Shown here: positions 1 through 9,403 of the stretch, piece by piece
Position numbering within the stretch: position 1 is the stretch's first letter
How the letters are laid out: each line of letters begins with the position of its first letter
Position numbers and translations under genes: made by a program
The notes under the pieces: model-generated
The model's database searches: none
Seen by the model: only the letters and a program-made list of their open reading frames with translations
What the model was told of the DNA's origin: nothing
Origin: Candidatus Iainarchaeum sp.
Lineage (GTDB): Archaea > Iainarchaeota > Iainarchaeia > Iainarchaeales > JAFCCJ01
NCBI GenBank assembly: GCA_043816965.1
Contig: JBDRHK010000042.1
Coordinates: 1-59,317, forward strand
Length of the DNA stretch: 59,317 nucleotides
Reading direction: 5' to 3'

Positions 1-26
1 GCCAGCGCCAAAAGTGCTTTTTTCAT
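1..26 (-). CDS. 5' end of a leftward gene running off the window (MKKALLALA..., signal-peptide-like)
   Basis: ATG at 26 on the minus strand followed by KK and hydrophobic residues. Only about 8 codons are visible. Confidence 0.2.
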
Positions 27-75
27 GTAAGTACTATGGTTGACCTGAAATATTAATATTGGCTTTTTGCAAGTT

Positions 76-339
76 ATGGGCCTTGCGAAAAAAATATTAA
101 GCAGAAACAACCTTTCTAATTGCATGAAAATATATGGTTCCTTCCAAAGGCTTAAGGAGCACCATCAGATAATTTTCGCCATAATAATCGGCACTGCGAT
201 AATCATATTCTGGCGCGGGGCATGGGTGCTGGCAGACCATTTTCTTGGTGTTGATGATATTGCAATTACGCTGATTTCAACAATAACTGCACTTGTGGTT
301 CTTGTAGTATCAGGGGAATTAATGGATTTGCTTGGTTAG
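76..339 (+). CDS. small hypothetical membrane protein (2 predicted TM helices)
   Basis: ORF 67..339. ATG at 76 (MGLAKK), with an alternative TTG at 67. Two hydrophobic stretches, IIFAIIIGTAIIIFW and ITLISTITALVVLVV. Confidence 0.4.
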   Translation: MGLAKKILSRNNLSNCMKIYGSFQRLKEHHQIIFAIIIGTAIIIFWRGAWVLADHFLGVDDIAITLISTITALVVLVVSGELMDLLG

Positions 340-358
340 GGGAAAATAAGTTGAGGAA

Positions 359-691
359 TCAGCAGTCCATATACCTTTTCGGGCACTTTTCCTGGGCGCA
401 GAAACCGTAATATTTGCTGCAGAGCGGCTGGCTTCCTGATTTCTTCAGGTTTATGCACTTGTCCCAGCTCAGGTCGCCTGTAGGGGCATTTCTCACTGGA
501 TTCAGTGCCCCAAGTTCCTTTGCAATTGCATTTATTGAGGTGCTTCTTCCCCTTCTCACTGGCTGGAACTGCCCACCCACAGTTGCATCAATAAACTTTT
601 TTGAGCTTTCCATCTGCTGAACCACTTGTTGGGTAATGGGTTTTTTTACGCCATTGGTTCTTGCAGAGTTGACTATGTTGTCGAGAGGCAT
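359..691 (-). CDS. hypothetical protein with Cys-rich C-terminus
   Basis: 110-aa ORF with ordinary composition. C-terminal CINLKK..C..C..C..C pattern. No family recognised. Confidence 0.35.
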   Translation of the reverse strand: MPLDNIVNSARTNGVKKPITQQVVQQMESSKKFIDATVGGQFQPVRRGRSTSINAIAKELGALNPVRNAPTGDLSWDKCINLKKSGSQPLCSKYYGFCAQEKCPKRYMDC

Positions 692-817
692 ATCGAAGAC
701 ACTTCTTAATTAATACCCTAACTCATATATAAAGTTTGCCCGGATTTACGGCAAATCAGCCGGAAATTGCCCAAGCTTTCCAAAACGGAATTTATTTATA
801 CTAGTTTAGACTTACAA

Positions 818-1702
818 ATGAGTATGAATGAAGAAAAATTCATATTAGTTGCGCTGATTTCTTTATCTCTTATTATTAGTGGCTGCTTAAGCTCCATGGA
901 AGATGGTGGCGATTATGGTGGCGGAGATAATTACAGTGGAGATGCACTTTATGCCGCTGAAAAGGCGCCAAGCCCAAATATGTCAATTTCAGACAGGATT
1001 GCCACAGGGGAGAATATTACAATAAAGAGGGGCACTGCCGATATTGAAACCGGATTGGGGAGATTGGATGAGGGGCTGGGAAAACTGAAGGGCCTTATTG
1101 CGCAGAACAACGGAACTATTGAGAATATTAGTTACAGGGAGACCGAGAGCAGGAAAAGCTACAGCATTGAGGTTAAAATCCCGCCCTCAAAATTCGAGGA
1201 GATTGCAAACGGGCTGAAAACAGTGGGAACTTTAAAAAGCCTTTCAACCAATTCTGAGGATGTCACATTTGAGTATATTGATTTGGAGGCGGAAATTAAT
1301 AACCTGAACGCGCAGAAGACAAGGCTATTGGAGATTTATAATAAGGCAAATAGTGTTGAGGACATTATTAAAATAGAGAAGGAAATAAACAGGGTGCAAA
1401 CCCAAATCGATTCCGCAACCGCAAGGATGAAATTTCTTGAACGGCAGGTTGAGAGGGCAACACTTAATATCACACTCTATGAGGAGGCCCCTATAGTAGA
1501 CCAGTCATTAATTGTTCCAATCAACCAGGCAATCAATACTCTAATTGGGGCAATGGGTTTCTCAATACTTTTGATAAGCGGGCTGATAGGGTTCTTTATA
1601 CCGTTTATAGTGATTGTTGCGGCAATAATTCTCGTGCTGGGAATAATAAAAAGAATTTTCTTCAAAAATATGAAGATACCTTTCATAGGGAAAAAGAAAT
1701 AA
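818..1702 (+). CDS. DUF4349-like membrane-anchored coiled-coil protein (lipobox-like N-terminus)
   Basis: ATG at 818 (MSMNEEKF), since the upstream ORF-track start at 767 is TTG. Has signal/lipobox 'LIISGC', a coiled-coil 'EAEINNLNAQKTRLLEIYNKA...IEKEINRVQTQID', 'ATLNITLYE', and a C-terminal TM segment, as is typical of DUF4349. Confidence 0.6.
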   Translation: MSMNEEKFILVALISLSLIISGCLSSMEDGGDYGGGDNYSGDALYAAEKAPSPNMSISDRIATGENITIKRGTADIETGLGRLDEGLGKLKGLIAQNNGTIENISYRETESRKSYSIEVKIPPSKFEEIANGLKTVGTLKSLSTNSEDVTFEYIDLEAEINNLNAQKTRLLEIYNKANSVEDIIKIEKEINRVQTQIDSATARMKFLERQVERATLNITLYEEAPIVDQSLIVPINQAINTLIGAMGFSILLISGLIGFFIPFIVIVAAIILVLGIIKRIFFKNMKIPFIGKKK

Positions 1703-1721
1703 TCTAATTCCAGATTGAATG

Positions 1722-1976
1722 CTATTCAGTCACTTTGAAAACTTCGGAATTCTGTTTCACCGGGCTACTGACTTTCATCCCGATTGCCTGGCCTTTCTTC
1801 GCGGACTTGATTTTCTCGTGCTCTATCTGCATGGAACCCACTGTTTGCTCCAGGGCATCGCCATCCTTCTCAATGCTGATTTTGTCCCCGTCCTTAAGAT
1901 TGCCTGAGAGTTCAATTACAGCCACGCCTATCTTATCATAATAGTGCAAAATTTTACCAACCAAATCTTTCCCCAT
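1722..1976 (-). CDS. small EF-Tu domain-II-like beta-barrel protein ('translation elongation factor-like protein')
   Basis: 84 aa. 'GKILHYYDKIGVAVIELSGNLKDGDKI...G.MQIEHEKI..AKKGQAIGMKV' matches the short stand-alone EF-Tu-D2-like family by recognition. Confidence 0.5.
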   Translation of the reverse strand: MGKDLVGKILHYYDKIGVAVIELSGNLKDGDKISIEKDGDALEQTVGSMQIEHEKIKSAKKGQAIGMKVSSPVKQNSEVFKVTE

Positions 1977-2055
1977 AAGAGAAACACCTCCATTAAATTT
2001 GGGGGCAAACTGAATAAAAATCTAATTTTTATGGCTTTCCCAGCAAAATTCGTTA

Positions 2056-4143
2056 ATGTGCGGAATTGTCGGTGTATTCAAAAACCCTGATTCCAGGGAG
2101 CTGGTGGAAAAGGGCCTGGAAATCCTTAAGGCAAGGGGAATTGATGGAAAGGGCATTGAGGAGTGCGGGAAGGGCTCTTTTATGGGCCACAGGCTGCATT
2201 CTGTTGTGGGAAAAGTGAAACAGCCCCTAAAGGGAAGCGAGAATGGAATTCTCGCCGCAAATTCAGAAATTTACAACTGGAAGGAACTTGCGGTAAAATA
2301 TGGAATCCCTGTGAAAAATGATTCTGAACTGCTTCTGAAATTGATTGAGAAAAAAGGTGCCGGGAATTTTGAGGAAATTTTGAACATGCTTGACGGGGTT
2401 TATGCCTTTGCATACTGCGACGGGAAAAGGGTTTTTGTTGCAAGGGATTTGCTGGGGGTTAAGCCACTATGGATTTCGACAGAAAAGGGCTTTGCCTTTG
2501 CCTCTGAAAGGAAGGCATTGTGGGAAATGGGTTTTCCACAGCCGCTTGAACTTGAGCCAAGGCAGATTGCGGTTTACGATTTGGAAAGTGGCAAAATTAA
2601 ATTCATTGACCGGGAATTCTTTTCAATAACCCCGGAAATTAAGGATAAGAAAGAGAGAATTAAGGAAAATCTGAAAGAACTTATTGCTGATGCGGTGAAA
2701 AAAAGAATTGCTGGCAAGAAGATGGGCCTGCTTTTCTCAGGCGGGGTTGATTCCTCTTTGCTGGCGCTGGTCCTCAAAGAAATGGGCGTGGATTTTACCT
2801 GCTACACTGCCGCACTTGAGGAGAAGGGCCTGAAAATGGCGAAGGATCTTGATTTTGCAGAAAGGGCTGCGAAGGAAATGGGCCTGAAACTAAAAGTTGT
2901 GAAGGTTTCACTTAAGGAAGTTGAAGCACTGCTTCCTGAAATCGTGAATCTTTTGGAGAGCAGCAATGTTGTTACGGTGGGAGTTGGGCTTACAATGTAT
3001 CTTGCCGCAAGGCAGGCGAAGGAAGATGGGGCGAAAGTAATATTTTCCGGGATGGGGAGTGATGATTTGTTTGCCGGTTACAACAGGTTTGTTGAGGGGG
3101 GTGAAATCAACAAGGACTGCCTTTCTTACATGAGAAGAATCCATTCCGTTGATTTGTACAGGGATGATATTGCCACAATGGCGAATTCTGTTGAACTAAG
3201 GCTTCCATATTTGGATAGGGCGTTAGTGGATTATTCCTTGAGAATCCCTGGAAAATTTAAAATGAAGGATGGAAATAGAAAATTGATTCTAAGGGAGCTG
3301 GCAAGTGAGATGGGGATGAAAAATGAGTTTGCTTACAGGAAAAAGACTGCCGCACAGTATGGGAGCAGCATTGATAAGGCGCTGTCAAAACTTGCGAAGA
3401 AGAAGGGCATGAAATCCAAATCATATTATTTGGATTCGCTTTTCAAGAGGAAGATTTTCAGGCTTGGGGCATTGGTAAGTGGAGGAAAGGACAGCATTTA
3501 TGCCATGCAGATTATGCATGAACATAATTACTCAATTGAATGCATTATTTCCGTGAAAAGCAGGAATCCTGATTCATTTATGTTTCACACCCCTGCAATA
3601 GAACTTGTTGAGATGCAGGCAGAGGCTATGGGAATTCCCCTGATTTCAGTTGAAAGTGAGGGGGAGAAGGAAAGGGAGCTTGAAGATTTGAAAAAGGCAG
3701 TGGAGAAGGCAAAGGAAAAATTCAATCTGGATGGGATTGTCACAGGCGCCATTTTCTCCAACTATCAACGAACAAGGATTGAGGAAATAGCAACAAAATC
3801 CGGGCTGAAAATTTACGCCCCGCTCTGGCACATGAACCAGGAAATTCTTATGCGGGAACTCGTAAAAGAGGGTTTTGAATTTGTGATAACTGCTATTGCC
3901 TCAAAAGGTTTGGGTGAGGAATGGCTGGGAAAAAGAATTGGTGGGGGAGAGGTTGATAAAATTTTAGAACTGGCGAAAAAGGAGGGCTTTAATCCTGCAG
4001 GGGAAGGTGGGGAATTTGAGACATTGGTTTTGGATGCGCCTATGTTCAAAAAGAGAATTGAGCTTGTTAATGTTGAAAAGAATATGGGGAATGAATTAAG
4101 CGGAAGATTGGTTGTGAAAAAGGCTAGGCTTGTTGAAAAATAG
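2056..4143 (+). CDS. fusion protein: class-II glutamine amidotransferase/asparagine-synthetase-like (res 1 to ~467) + Dph6/MJ0570-type diphthine-ammonia ligase domain (res ~468-695)
   Basis: N-terminal MCGIVG (Ntn Cys2), 'NSEIYN', 'NDSELLL', and PP-loop 'LLFSGGVDSSLLA'. The second half has PP-loop 'LVSGGKDSIYA' and 'GEGGEFETLVLD', characteristic of the PF01902/Dph6 family. Confidence 0.8.
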   Translation: MCGIVGVFKNPDSRELVEKGLEILKARGIDGKGIEECGKGSFMGHRLHSVVGKVKQPLKGSENGILAANSEIYNWKELAVKYGIPVKNDSELLLKLIEKKGAGNFEEILNMLDGVYAFAYCDGKRVFVARDLLGVKPLWISTEKGFAFASERKALWEMGFPQPLELEPRQIAVYDLESGKIKFIDREFFSITPEIKDKKERIKENLKELIADAVKKRIAGKKMGLLFSGGVDSSLLALVLKEMGVDFTCYTAALEEKGLKMAKDLDFAERAAKEMGLKLKVVKVSLKEVEALLPEIVNLLESSNVVTVGVGLTMYLAARQAKEDGAKVIFSGMGSDDLFAGYNRFVEGGEINKDCLSYMRRIHSVDLYRDDIATMANSVELRLPYLDRALVDYSLRIPGKFKMKDGNRKLILRELASEMGMKNEFAYRKKTAAQYGSSIDKALSKLAKKKGMKSKSYYLDSLFKRKIFRLGALVSGGKDSIYAMQIMHEHNYSIECIISVKSRNPDSFMFHTPAIELVEMQAEAMGIPLISVESEGEKERELEDLKKAVEKAKEKFNLDGIVTGAIFSNYQRTRIEEIATKSGLKIYAPLWHMNQEILMRELVKEGFEFVITAIASKGLGEEWLGKRIGGGEVDKILELAKKEGFNPAGEGGEFETLVLDAPMFKKRIELVNVEKNMGNELSGRLVVKKARLVEK

Positions 4144-4188
4144 GGGTTTTTCGAAACAGATTTAAACAAAACCCACCTTAATTTTGGG

Positions 4189-4368
4189 ATGATAAAGGAA
4201 CTGTTTGTAATTATGGCAGTATTAATGTTGCTTGCTGTTCTTGCAGGGTGTGCTGAGGAAGGTCCTTGCGGAAATGCAAAATGTGAGAGCGGTGAGGAAA
4301 ATCCGGATTCAGCCAATTACTGCCCAGTAGATTGCCTGGAAGAGGAAAATAATGGGGCAGGTCTTTGA
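4189..4368 (+). CDS. 59-aa Cys-rich lipoprotein (below the ORF-track cutoff)
   Basis: Translates as ATG MIKELFVIMAVLMLLAVLAG|CAEEGPCGNAKCESGEENPDSANYCPVDCLEEENNGAGL*. Has a lipobox LAGC, and its stop overlaps the start of the next gene. Confidence 0.45.
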   Translation: MIKELFVIMAVLMLLAVLAGCAEEGPCGNAKCESGEENPDSANYCPVDCLEEENNGAGL

Positions 4369-5059
4369 AATGGAGAAGAAACTTGCAAAATATCTTATGA
4401 TTGCGATGCCATTGTACAGCGCGATTGCAGTTCCCACATTCAACTCATTTATTGTTTCACTGAGCAGCCTGCCGGCAATGGTTGAGAAGATTGGGATTTC
4501 AATGATTGGGGGCAGCTATGTGCACCTGACAAGGAGGGAAATAGCAAAGGACATTCTGGGGAGGGATGAAAAAAGCCCTGTTGATTACATCCTCTGGATT
4601 GACCATGATTCGGTTTTCAGCCCACAAGATATTGCCGGAATGCTGATGACTGCGAATGAAAACAAAACCGACATATTGTCAGGGTTCTATGTTCAGAAGC
4701 ACAGGCCGGAAATTCCACTCATATACCTTAAGAACAAAAAAGGGGATGGTTTTGCAGCTGTTGATGATGTTCCCAAAGATTCCCTCTTCGAGGTTGATTC
4801 TGTCGGCTTTGGCTTTAACCTTATGAGAATGGATGTCCTGAAGAAATTGATTTGGAAATATGGGCTGGAAAAACTGTTCAATGTGAGTGATGAAAAGGGA
4901 AAGGACATTGGCGAGGATTTTCTCTTCTGCTCACTTGCGAAGAAAGAGGGTTTCAAGATTTGGGTAAACTCTGCGATTAAGATAGGGCATTATGGCGGAG
5001 TCATAACCCCGGAAATCCATTACGCGATGAAGGAATTTGGCGAAAAAAAAGGGAAATAA
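4352..5059 (+). CDS. GT2-like glycosyltransferase
   Basis: 'ILWIDHDSVF' (DxD-like) and 'GEDFLFC...GFKIWV' motifs. The start could instead be 4370 (MEKK). Confidence 0.5.
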   Translation: MGQVFEMEKKLAKYLMIAMPLYSAIAVPTFNSFIVSLSSLPAMVEKIGISMIGGSYVHLTRREIAKDILGRDEKSPVDYILWIDHDSVFSPQDIAGMLMTANENKTDILSGFYVQKHRPEIPLIYLKNKKGDGFAAVDDVPKDSLFEVDSVGFGFNLMRMDVLKKLIWKYGLEKLFNVSDEKGKDIGEDFLFCSLAKKEGFKIWVNSAIKIGHYGGVITPEIHYAMKEFGEKKGK

Positions 5060-5068
5060 GGCAAAATA

Positions 5069-6124
5069 TTATTTCTTTGTAATTTCTTCAACAAGTTTTC
5101 CAATTCTAGAAATTACTTTCTTGTTTGATAATGACGGGCCTTTTTCCGCAAGATTTTTTTGGTAGGTTTTCCGGTTGGAGAGGAATTTTCTTACCCCCTT
5201 TACTGTTGCATTCTCTTGCATCATGCCAAACCCGAGCATCTCAATCATTTTTCCGTTATGGTATCTCTCGAACCAGTTTTGCGTTGCAAAAACATAGCAG
5301 GGCTTTTTTAAGATTACTGCCTCACTTAGGGTCAGCATCCCGCCATGGCAGATTAGTGCAGAGCAGTGTGCCATGTCCTTAAGCCATTTCTCCCTTGAGA
5401 ATTCCTTGACCTCGACATTTCCCTCAACCTGCTCATAATTCTGGCCATAAACCTTAAATTTGATTTCAGGAATCTCCTTTAGAATCGGCTTAAACACCTT
5501 GAAGTTCATTGTGGACATGTAAACCACAACAATGTCCTCGTACTTTGTGTCAAGCTTCAGGATTTCCTCATCAACCATCGGGCCAAAGAAATCAACATTC
5601 CTGGCCTCTTTGTCAGGCTTATAAATCGAGATTATAAGTGTGTGGTTTGGGTTTATGAAAAAGTCCAGCATAATCTCATCAGTTAATTTGCAGACAAGAC
5701 CGTCCCACCAGTTGAGTTTTGTTTTCCAGTGGCGGAGCATGTGCATGTTTGTTACCAAAACCACAGGGATTCCAAAAAGTTTTCCGGCATACAGGCTGTT
5801 TACATCAAAATCGGAAATTATTACGTCAGGCTTGAACTCCTTTATGATCTTCCTGAAAAGGAAGAAGTTGTTTATTGCAACAAATGGGAGGTAGAAAAGG
5901 TTGTAAATGAAAGTCAGGGGCTTGTCCACTTTGTTTGCGGCAAAGAAGAGCTTGAACCACTTCATCTCAATTACGTCAGGGAAATTCCTCTCAAGAAAAG
6001 TATGCCCTGCATCGTATGAAACGATTTTTACCTCGTGCTTTTTCTTGAGCTCCTTAATTACAATCGTCGCCCGGCTTCCATGCCCAAAACCGACTCCGCA
6101 CGCAGTGTAAAGTATTCTTGCCAT
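5069..6124 (-). CDS. GT-B glycosyltransferase (MurG/MJ1255-like family)
   Basis: N-terminal 'ILYTACGVGFGHGSRA' glycine-rich motif and C-terminal 'LICHGGMLTLSEAV' motif typical of GT1/GT28-like enzymes. Confidence 0.6.
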   Translation of the reverse strand: MARILYTACGVGFGHGSRATIVIKELKKKHEVKIVSYDAGHTFLERNFPDVIEMKWFKLFFAANKVDKPLTFIYNLFYLPFVAINNFFLFRKIIKEFKPDVIISDFDVNSLYAGKLFGIPVVLVTNMHMLRHWKTKLNWWDGLVCKLTDEIMLDFFINPNHTLIISIYKPDKEARNVDFFGPMVDEEILKLDTKYEDIVVVYMSTMNFKVFKPILKEIPEIKFKVYGQNYEQVEGNVEVKEFSREKWLKDMAHCSALICHGGMLTLSEAVILKKPCYVFATQNWFERYHNGKMIEMLGFGMMQENATVKGVRKFLSNRKTYQKNLAEKGPSLSNKKVISRIGKLVEEITKK

Positions 6125-6178
6125 CTTATCCAGCCACTTATATGTAATTGGCTAAATAATAAAAAGCTGCGCAATCCC

Positions 6179-6583
6179 TTACTTCAGCCTTTTTGCCATC
6201 TTCACAACAGCCTCAACACTTCTTCTCGCATATCCGTCAATGCGGTTTGATGCCTGTAGTCTGGATACACCTGGCCCGGTGATTCCTAAGCCAACCGGCT
6301 TATTGAATTCAACTGCCAAATCCATTATTTTCCTTGCTGCGTGCTGCGCAACCAGTTCATCGTGGCCTGTTTCGCCCTCAATTACGGCTCCCAAAGTGAC
6401 AACACCATCGATTTCCTTTTGGGAAAGCAGGTTCTTCACAGCAAGCGGCATATCAAATGCCCCAGGCACGGAAATGACCTTTGAAACATCTGCCCCCAAA
6501 AAGATGGCGTGTTCCTTTGCCCTTTGCAGCATCATCTGCGTTATATCATAGTTGAATTCACTTACAACAAATCCCAGTTTCAT
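6179..6583 (-). CDS. ribH: 6,7-dimethyl-8-ribityllumazine synthase
   Basis: 134 aa with 'GFVVSEFN', '[10 protein letters not shown]' and '[13 protein letters not shown]'. Lies in an operon with riboflavin synthase and kinase. Confidence 0.85.
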   Translation of the reverse strand: MKLGFVVSEFNYDITQMMLQRAKEHAIFLGADVSKVISVPGAFDMPLAVKNLLSQKEIDGVVTLGAVIEGETGHDELVAQHAARKIMDLAVEFNKPVGLGITGPGVSRLQASNRIDGYARRSVEAVVKMAKRLK

Positions 6584-6619
6584 CTCATTCCTCCTTTTTA
6601 TTTCATTTATTTAATAATA

Positions 6620-7742
<1,123 letters not shown>

Positions 7743-7808
7743 AATAACTGAGGGATAAGAACTTACTTAAAAATGTTATGATTAACAAAAATGAGTAGCA
7801 AAACAATT

Positions 7809-8885
7809 CTACTTCTGCACATGGATTGTCTGCGTCGGGAATGCGAAATTAATCTTTGCGCCGTCAAATTTCTTCTTTATTTCGGAATTAATTTCGTGCA
7901 TCACGTAAAACTTCCTCTCGTCATCGGTTATGTAATAGGTTACCCACAAATTCAGGGAGAAGTCCTTGAAATCATTGAAAACAGTCCTGGGCTCGTCCTT
8001 GCAATCAGGGTGCTTGTTGACAACTTCCCTGACAATCTTCACGGCCTGCTCAATCTTTTTGGGGTCTGTGTCATAGGTGACGCCGAGGTTCATTGTCACC
8101 CTTCTTGCGGATTCTGAGGAGATGTTCTTTATAACATCCCTTGCAACCTTAGAGTTTGGCATTGTATTTAGGCGACCATCAAAATCTCTGATCCTTGTAA
8201 ACCTTAAGCCAACCTGCTCAACCGTTCCAGTAACTCCTGAAACTTCAACAATATCTCCCACAATAAAGGGCTTGCTTGTGAAAATGCTGATTCCCCCGAA
8301 CATGTCGGCGATAGTTTCCTGCGCGGCAAATGCCAAAGCTAATCCCCCAATCCCCAAACCGGCAATCATTGCCGTGACATCATAGCCGAAATTGCTGAGG
8401 ATGACGATAAATGATATCGCCACAATTGCCGCCTTGCTGAGCTTGCTCACTATGGGAACTATCTGGTCATCCAGCCTTGATTTTGTTTTTGAAATTGCGG
8501 GAATGACAAAGTGGTTAATGATCCCGTCAACAAGCTTGATTAAATACCATGCGATGTCAAGAATTAAAATTGTCCCTATAACATCGAAAATAAAGCTCCT
8601 GATTCCCTCGTCAGTAATTGTCAGGAAATTTGTGCCTATCATCATGCCGACAACCATTGAGAATATTATGAACGGCCCCTCGGTAACCTCCAGCAGCATA
8701 TCATCGAATTCTGACTTGGTCCTTTTGGCGAGCTTGCTGCCCAGCTTCTTTATGAAGAAATATATGATTTTTCCTGCGATTACGAAAGCGATTAATGTAA
8801 TAAAGAAGAGAGCGTATTGCTCAATGCTTGAGCCAAAATAAACCCCTGAGATAAATCCTTCGAGGCCAGGAATCTGCAGAATCAT
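7809..8885 (-). CDS. MscS-family mechanosensitive channel
   Basis: Several N-terminal TM helices followed by 'FGGISIFTSKPFIVGDIVEVSGVTGTVEQVGLRFTRIRDFDGR'. Confidence 0.8.
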   Translation of the reverse strand: MILQIPGLEGFISGVYFGSSIEQYALFFITLIAFVIAGKIIYFFIKKLGSKLAKRTKSEFDDMLLEVTEGPFIIFSMVVGMMIGTNFLTITDEGIRSFIFDVIGTILILDIAWYLIKLVDGIINHFVIPAISKTKSRLDDQIVPIVSKLSKAAIVAISFIVILSNFGYDVTAMIAGLGIGGLALAFAAQETIADMFGGISIFTSKPFIVGDIVEVSGVTGTVEQVGLRFTRIRDFDGRLNTMPNSKVARDVIKNISSESARRVTMNLGVTYDTDPKKIEQAVKIVREVVNKHPDCKDEPRTVFNDFKDFSLNLWVTYYITDDERKFYVMHEINSEIKKKFDGAKINFAFPTQTIHVQK

Positions 8886-9161
8886 TTATATTATGCTAAA
8901 CCGTTCTTAATTTAAGGTTTGATTTGGGATTTTTACACAATTAATGCCAGAAATTCAATTTCGTTGAAATTTGGGGGGGCTTTTAAAGTAATATTTATAT
9001 TCCTTTCTATATCATATTACTTAACAAACGCCTAAGTAGATGTATTTTTGGCGATTTTTCGGGTGGATGGTTAAAAGTTCTTAATTCATTGTGTTTTTTG
9101 CGTGAATTAGATTCCTCCATGTACAAGCCCGATAACCCCCAATTTCGAGGAAAGATCCCCT

Positions 9162-9395
9162 TTGTCCCTAGAAAAAATATCTGATCATGTTTTGGTTCCG
9201 AAGCACGAGATTGTGCCTGAGGAGAGCATCAACGAGGTACTGGAGAGATATGGGGCCAGCAGGGAGCAGATTCCCCAAATTGGCAGGACAGACCCTGTAT
9301 TGGAAGATATTGGGGCAAAGAGAGGGGACATAATTAAAATTTCAAGGGACAGCCCTACCGCAGGGAAAACTGTCTTTTTTAGGATTGTTGTTTAG
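9162..9395 (+). CDS. rpoH: RNA polymerase subunit H (Rpo5)
   Basis: 'HVLVPKHEIVPEE...' motif. TTG start, with no in-frame ATG. Immediately precedes rpoB. Confidence 0.8.
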   Translation: MSLEKISDHVLVPKHEIVPEESINEVLERYGASREQIPQIGRTDPVLEDIGAKRGDIIKISRDSPTAGKTVFFRIVV

Positions 9396-9403
9396 GTGAG
9401 ACA

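Noticed and set aside
414-620. 68-aa + strand ORF overlapping the 359..691 minus-strand ORF, and the + strand ORFs 1719..1907 and 1735..1941 opposite the EF-Tu-D2-like gene
   Set aside because: They are shorter, hydrophobic or odd in composition, and nested in a longer and more plausible opposite-strand ORF.
8886-9161. 276-nt AT-rich intergenic region upstream of rpoH, and the 182-nt region upstream of rpl3 (36736..36917), screened for tRNA, ncRNA or small ORFs
   Set aside because: I found only tiny ORFs (under 20 aa), imperfect short hairpins (for example aaattcaa-tttcg-ttgaaattt) and TATA-like strings. No cloverleaf or convincing conserved structure can be argued from sequence alone.
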